Source: Chloroflexota bacterium (GTDB taxonomy: Bacteria > Chloroflexota > UBA11872 > VXNJ01). Taken from it: a stretch of DNA of 64,000 bases. Location: positions 1 to 64,000 of the forward strand of contig OZ253449.1 in the NCBI GenBank assembly GCA_965261345.1. The letters are read 5' to 3'. The stretch's first letter is position 1. Each line of letters begins with the position of its first letter. The position numbers were made by a program, and so were the translations under genes. Under the pieces are notes generated by a model. That model saw only the letters and a program-made list of their open reading frames with translations, did not search any database and had not been told where the DNA came from. Positions 61,471 through 64,000 of this stretch are shown piece after piece.

Positions 61471-61671
61471 CTAAACGGTCTCAAATTGCAGCGACGTCAG
61501 GTTTAGATGCGGGGATCGTTCCGAGAGGCGGTGCAACTCGATGCCCACTACTTCATCGGATTCATTGAAATCGAGGAATACTCCATCCCTGACCTCTTCG
61601 GATTCGACGATATTCGAATCGTCAAGCCGCAAATAAAGGGCATCAGTCTTCGTGTCGACACTCAACTTCAT
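61471..61671 (-). CDS. DUF2283-like antitoxin; only the partner's C-terminus (FFDRAMKGPL) survives at 61668-61700
   Basis: D..TDALYL...ESEEV..GV.LDF....VVGIE. Confidence 0.75.
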   Translation of the reverse strand: MKLSVDTKTDALYLRLDDSNIVESEEVRDGVFLDFNESDEVVGIELHRLSERSPHLNLTSLQFETV

Positions 61672-61700
61672 AGGGGACCTTTCATCGCTCGATCGAAAAA

Positions 61701-64000
61701 TGTGTTCGCGGACACTAGAAACTGTCCGGACGCGGACACGAAATCTGTCCGCTCATGGCCACCAAAACTGTCCGCTAGCGGACAGTTTTTACAGTGCCCA
61801 ATTCCGCTGATCCCTCCTCATTGTTTTTCACTATCAGGTCAGCGGCAACACCCCTTTCCCGGCCGTGGCCTTAAGTCAACCGGATACTATCGCCCTGGGT
61901 TAGCACCACATGCGCATGGTGGAGCAATCTGTCCACCGCGGCATTGGCAATTGCCTTGGGCATGAGTTCGTCAAACCCGGCCGGATGCAGGTTGGACGAG
62001 AGCGCGATCGACCTGGTCTCGTAGGCCGCATCGATAACCCGGAAGAACGCTTCGGCGGTCTCAGTAGCCACCGGCAAAAGCCCGATGTCGTCGATGACGA
62101 TCAGGTCGGCCTTGAAGGATCCTTAAGATCGCCCTGCCGATGGAGTAATCGACGCTGTGGCGCCTGGCCAGCGATCCCAATTGCTCAAGCGAGAACCAGG
62201 AGACTTTGCGCCCATCCTCGACCGCCAGCTGCCCCAAACCCTCTAGGAAGTGGGTCTTACCGGTACCGGACGGCCCGCAGACGACCAGGTTCTCCCTGCG
62301 CTCGATCCACTCCAGCGTCCTTAGCGCCCGTTGCGTGGGAGCAGGGATCGAAGACAGCTCTTCGTCCCAGGCGTCAAAGGTCTTGCCGGTGGGAAACCCG
62401 GCCGCCTGGCGCCGCAGCCTTACCGACGATGCCGCCCGGCCGGCGATCTCCTCAGTGAGTAATGCCTTGACCGCCTCGGCCGGATCCCAGCGTTGCGCCT
62501 TAGCGGTTGCCAAAAGATCGGGGGTGATCCGGCGCATGTAGGGAAGACGCAGGATCCTGAGCTGGGATATGACCTCGTCTACCAGGGCGCTCATCGGGAA
62601 TCACCCGCCATCCCGAAGTCCTGCCAACCGGACGTGCCGCTTTGGAGCAGGGAGCTATCGCCGGCGCGGCGGCGACTGCCCGACGCCGGCGACTCGATGA
62701 TGGAGGCGATGTCGCCGAAGCCGAAGCGCTCATGGTCGGCGGCAATCCCCAGGGCCCTGTCGACTGTTTCGCTGCGGTGCAGACGTGACAGGGTCACGAT
62801 CTCATCCAGCTTGGCTCCAATTCTTCCCGACCCGCTCTGGGAAGCTTTGAGCAACCAGCGCTCGGCGTTGGTACCAATCCCCAGGAACGCTCGCTCGCGC
62901 TCGGTCCTAGCTTGCGGCCGGCGCCGGAGTGATCCCGGTGGGGCGGCCGGGAAGTGGGAGGGATCGATGACTCTTCTTCCCGGCAAGGCGCAGCGGTGCC
63001 TGGCGACCTCGGTTAATCCGCCGGCTGCGGGCGCGACAACTACCAGCTCGTCACCCTCTGGCCGCACCCATACGGTCTCGTCGGCGAAGGCATGAGGAAC
63101 CGAATATTGGGCCCCGCCGAAGCTGATCAGGGAGGTGCAGTTGGCCCTGCGGGTTACACCGAAGGCGACGGTAAACGGCGATCGCGGCAGGGGATGCAGG
63201 GAACTTTGCTCTTGGCTGAGCATCTGATCCGGGGCCTGGGCGGTGATACGGTGCTGGCGGGCGTTTACGGTGTCGGTGAACGCCTGGCAGGCGCCGACCA
63301 GCTCTGCCCAGGAAGAGTAAGCCGGCCGCAGGTTGGCGGTGGTCGGCACCAGGTCGGCCTTGGCGATCCTCACTGTTGCTTCGGATCCACCCTTGGATTG
63401 GGGATCAGCCGGTTGGCAGGTGGTGATCGTGGTGCCGTAGTGGGCTCCGCAGGCGACCATGAGCGGGTGTCTTACCGATATGCCGGCGATGTGCTCGGTC
63501 GTAACCGTCTTCTCGTTGTCGGTTAGCCAATAGGTGGGAACACCGCCGAAGGAGTGCATGGCCCGGTCCAGACAGGCAATTACGGTCTCCAATCTGCGAT
63601 CGCGCACCGGGATGACCACCCGGAAGCGCGACCACGCCAGCCAGGCACAGAAGAGGGAGGTCCTAAGCCCGTTTATCCGGGGACCCTCGCCCCAGTCCCA
63701 CCCAAGCCCACATCCCTGGCTCGGTCACCCAGGGCCGGAAGATGCGGCGGTTGTCTTTGCGGTGAGAGCGCTTGGCTTCGGCGACCGCTCTTCTGACCGT
63801 GCGCTCGGATCCGGCAAAGCCCATCGCCTTGAGCTTCTGATGGCAAATGTCGGCCCTGACGTTGCCCTTAGAGCGGGAGATCCACTCCTCGATCTTGGGT
63901 CGGTAGGGGTCGATCTTGGAGGGACGCCGTTTGGGCGACCTGGTTTGCAGTTGACCGCGGGCACGCCGGGCAACGTAATCGGCCACGGTCACATGCGAAC
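61701..64000 (-). mobile_element. second IS21-family element, frameshifted istA/istB, runs off window
   Basis: TGT end with repeated GCGGACA/TGTCCG; GPSGTGKTH; TDNEK, SKGGSE. Confidence 0.85.

Overview
GC-rich bacterial window. The first ~12 kb is metabolic (LLM monooxygenase, alpha/beta hydrolase, hydantoinase/oxoprolinase A+B, MFS, SDR) and contains a perfectly symmetric 28-bp dif-like site at 1555-1582. The remaining ~52 kb is a dense nest of mobile elements (IS3, IS110, IS256, IS1380, IS21, IS1202-like ISNCY, a group II intron) mixed with toxin-antitoxin modules and pseudogenes. The main signal is a set of elements that target other elements. (1) Two apparently identical 3.29-kb large-serine-recombinase (LSR) elements sit at the same CG dinucleotide of the Y-C-P-R-G-x-x-E-N motif in two different IS1380 transposases. 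Their first gene gains an RBS and ATG only when the element circularises across attP, and their HTH gene ends in a -1 frameshift-like signal. (2) A three-copy IS110 (A) has a bridge-RNA target loop that reads the left end/-10 box of a second IS110 type (B). (3) The bridge RNA of IS110-B reads the F-L-E-(A/S)-H codons of IS1380 transposase, where it is inserted. All calls were made by eye with no database searches. The many frameshifts could be real decay or sequencing error.
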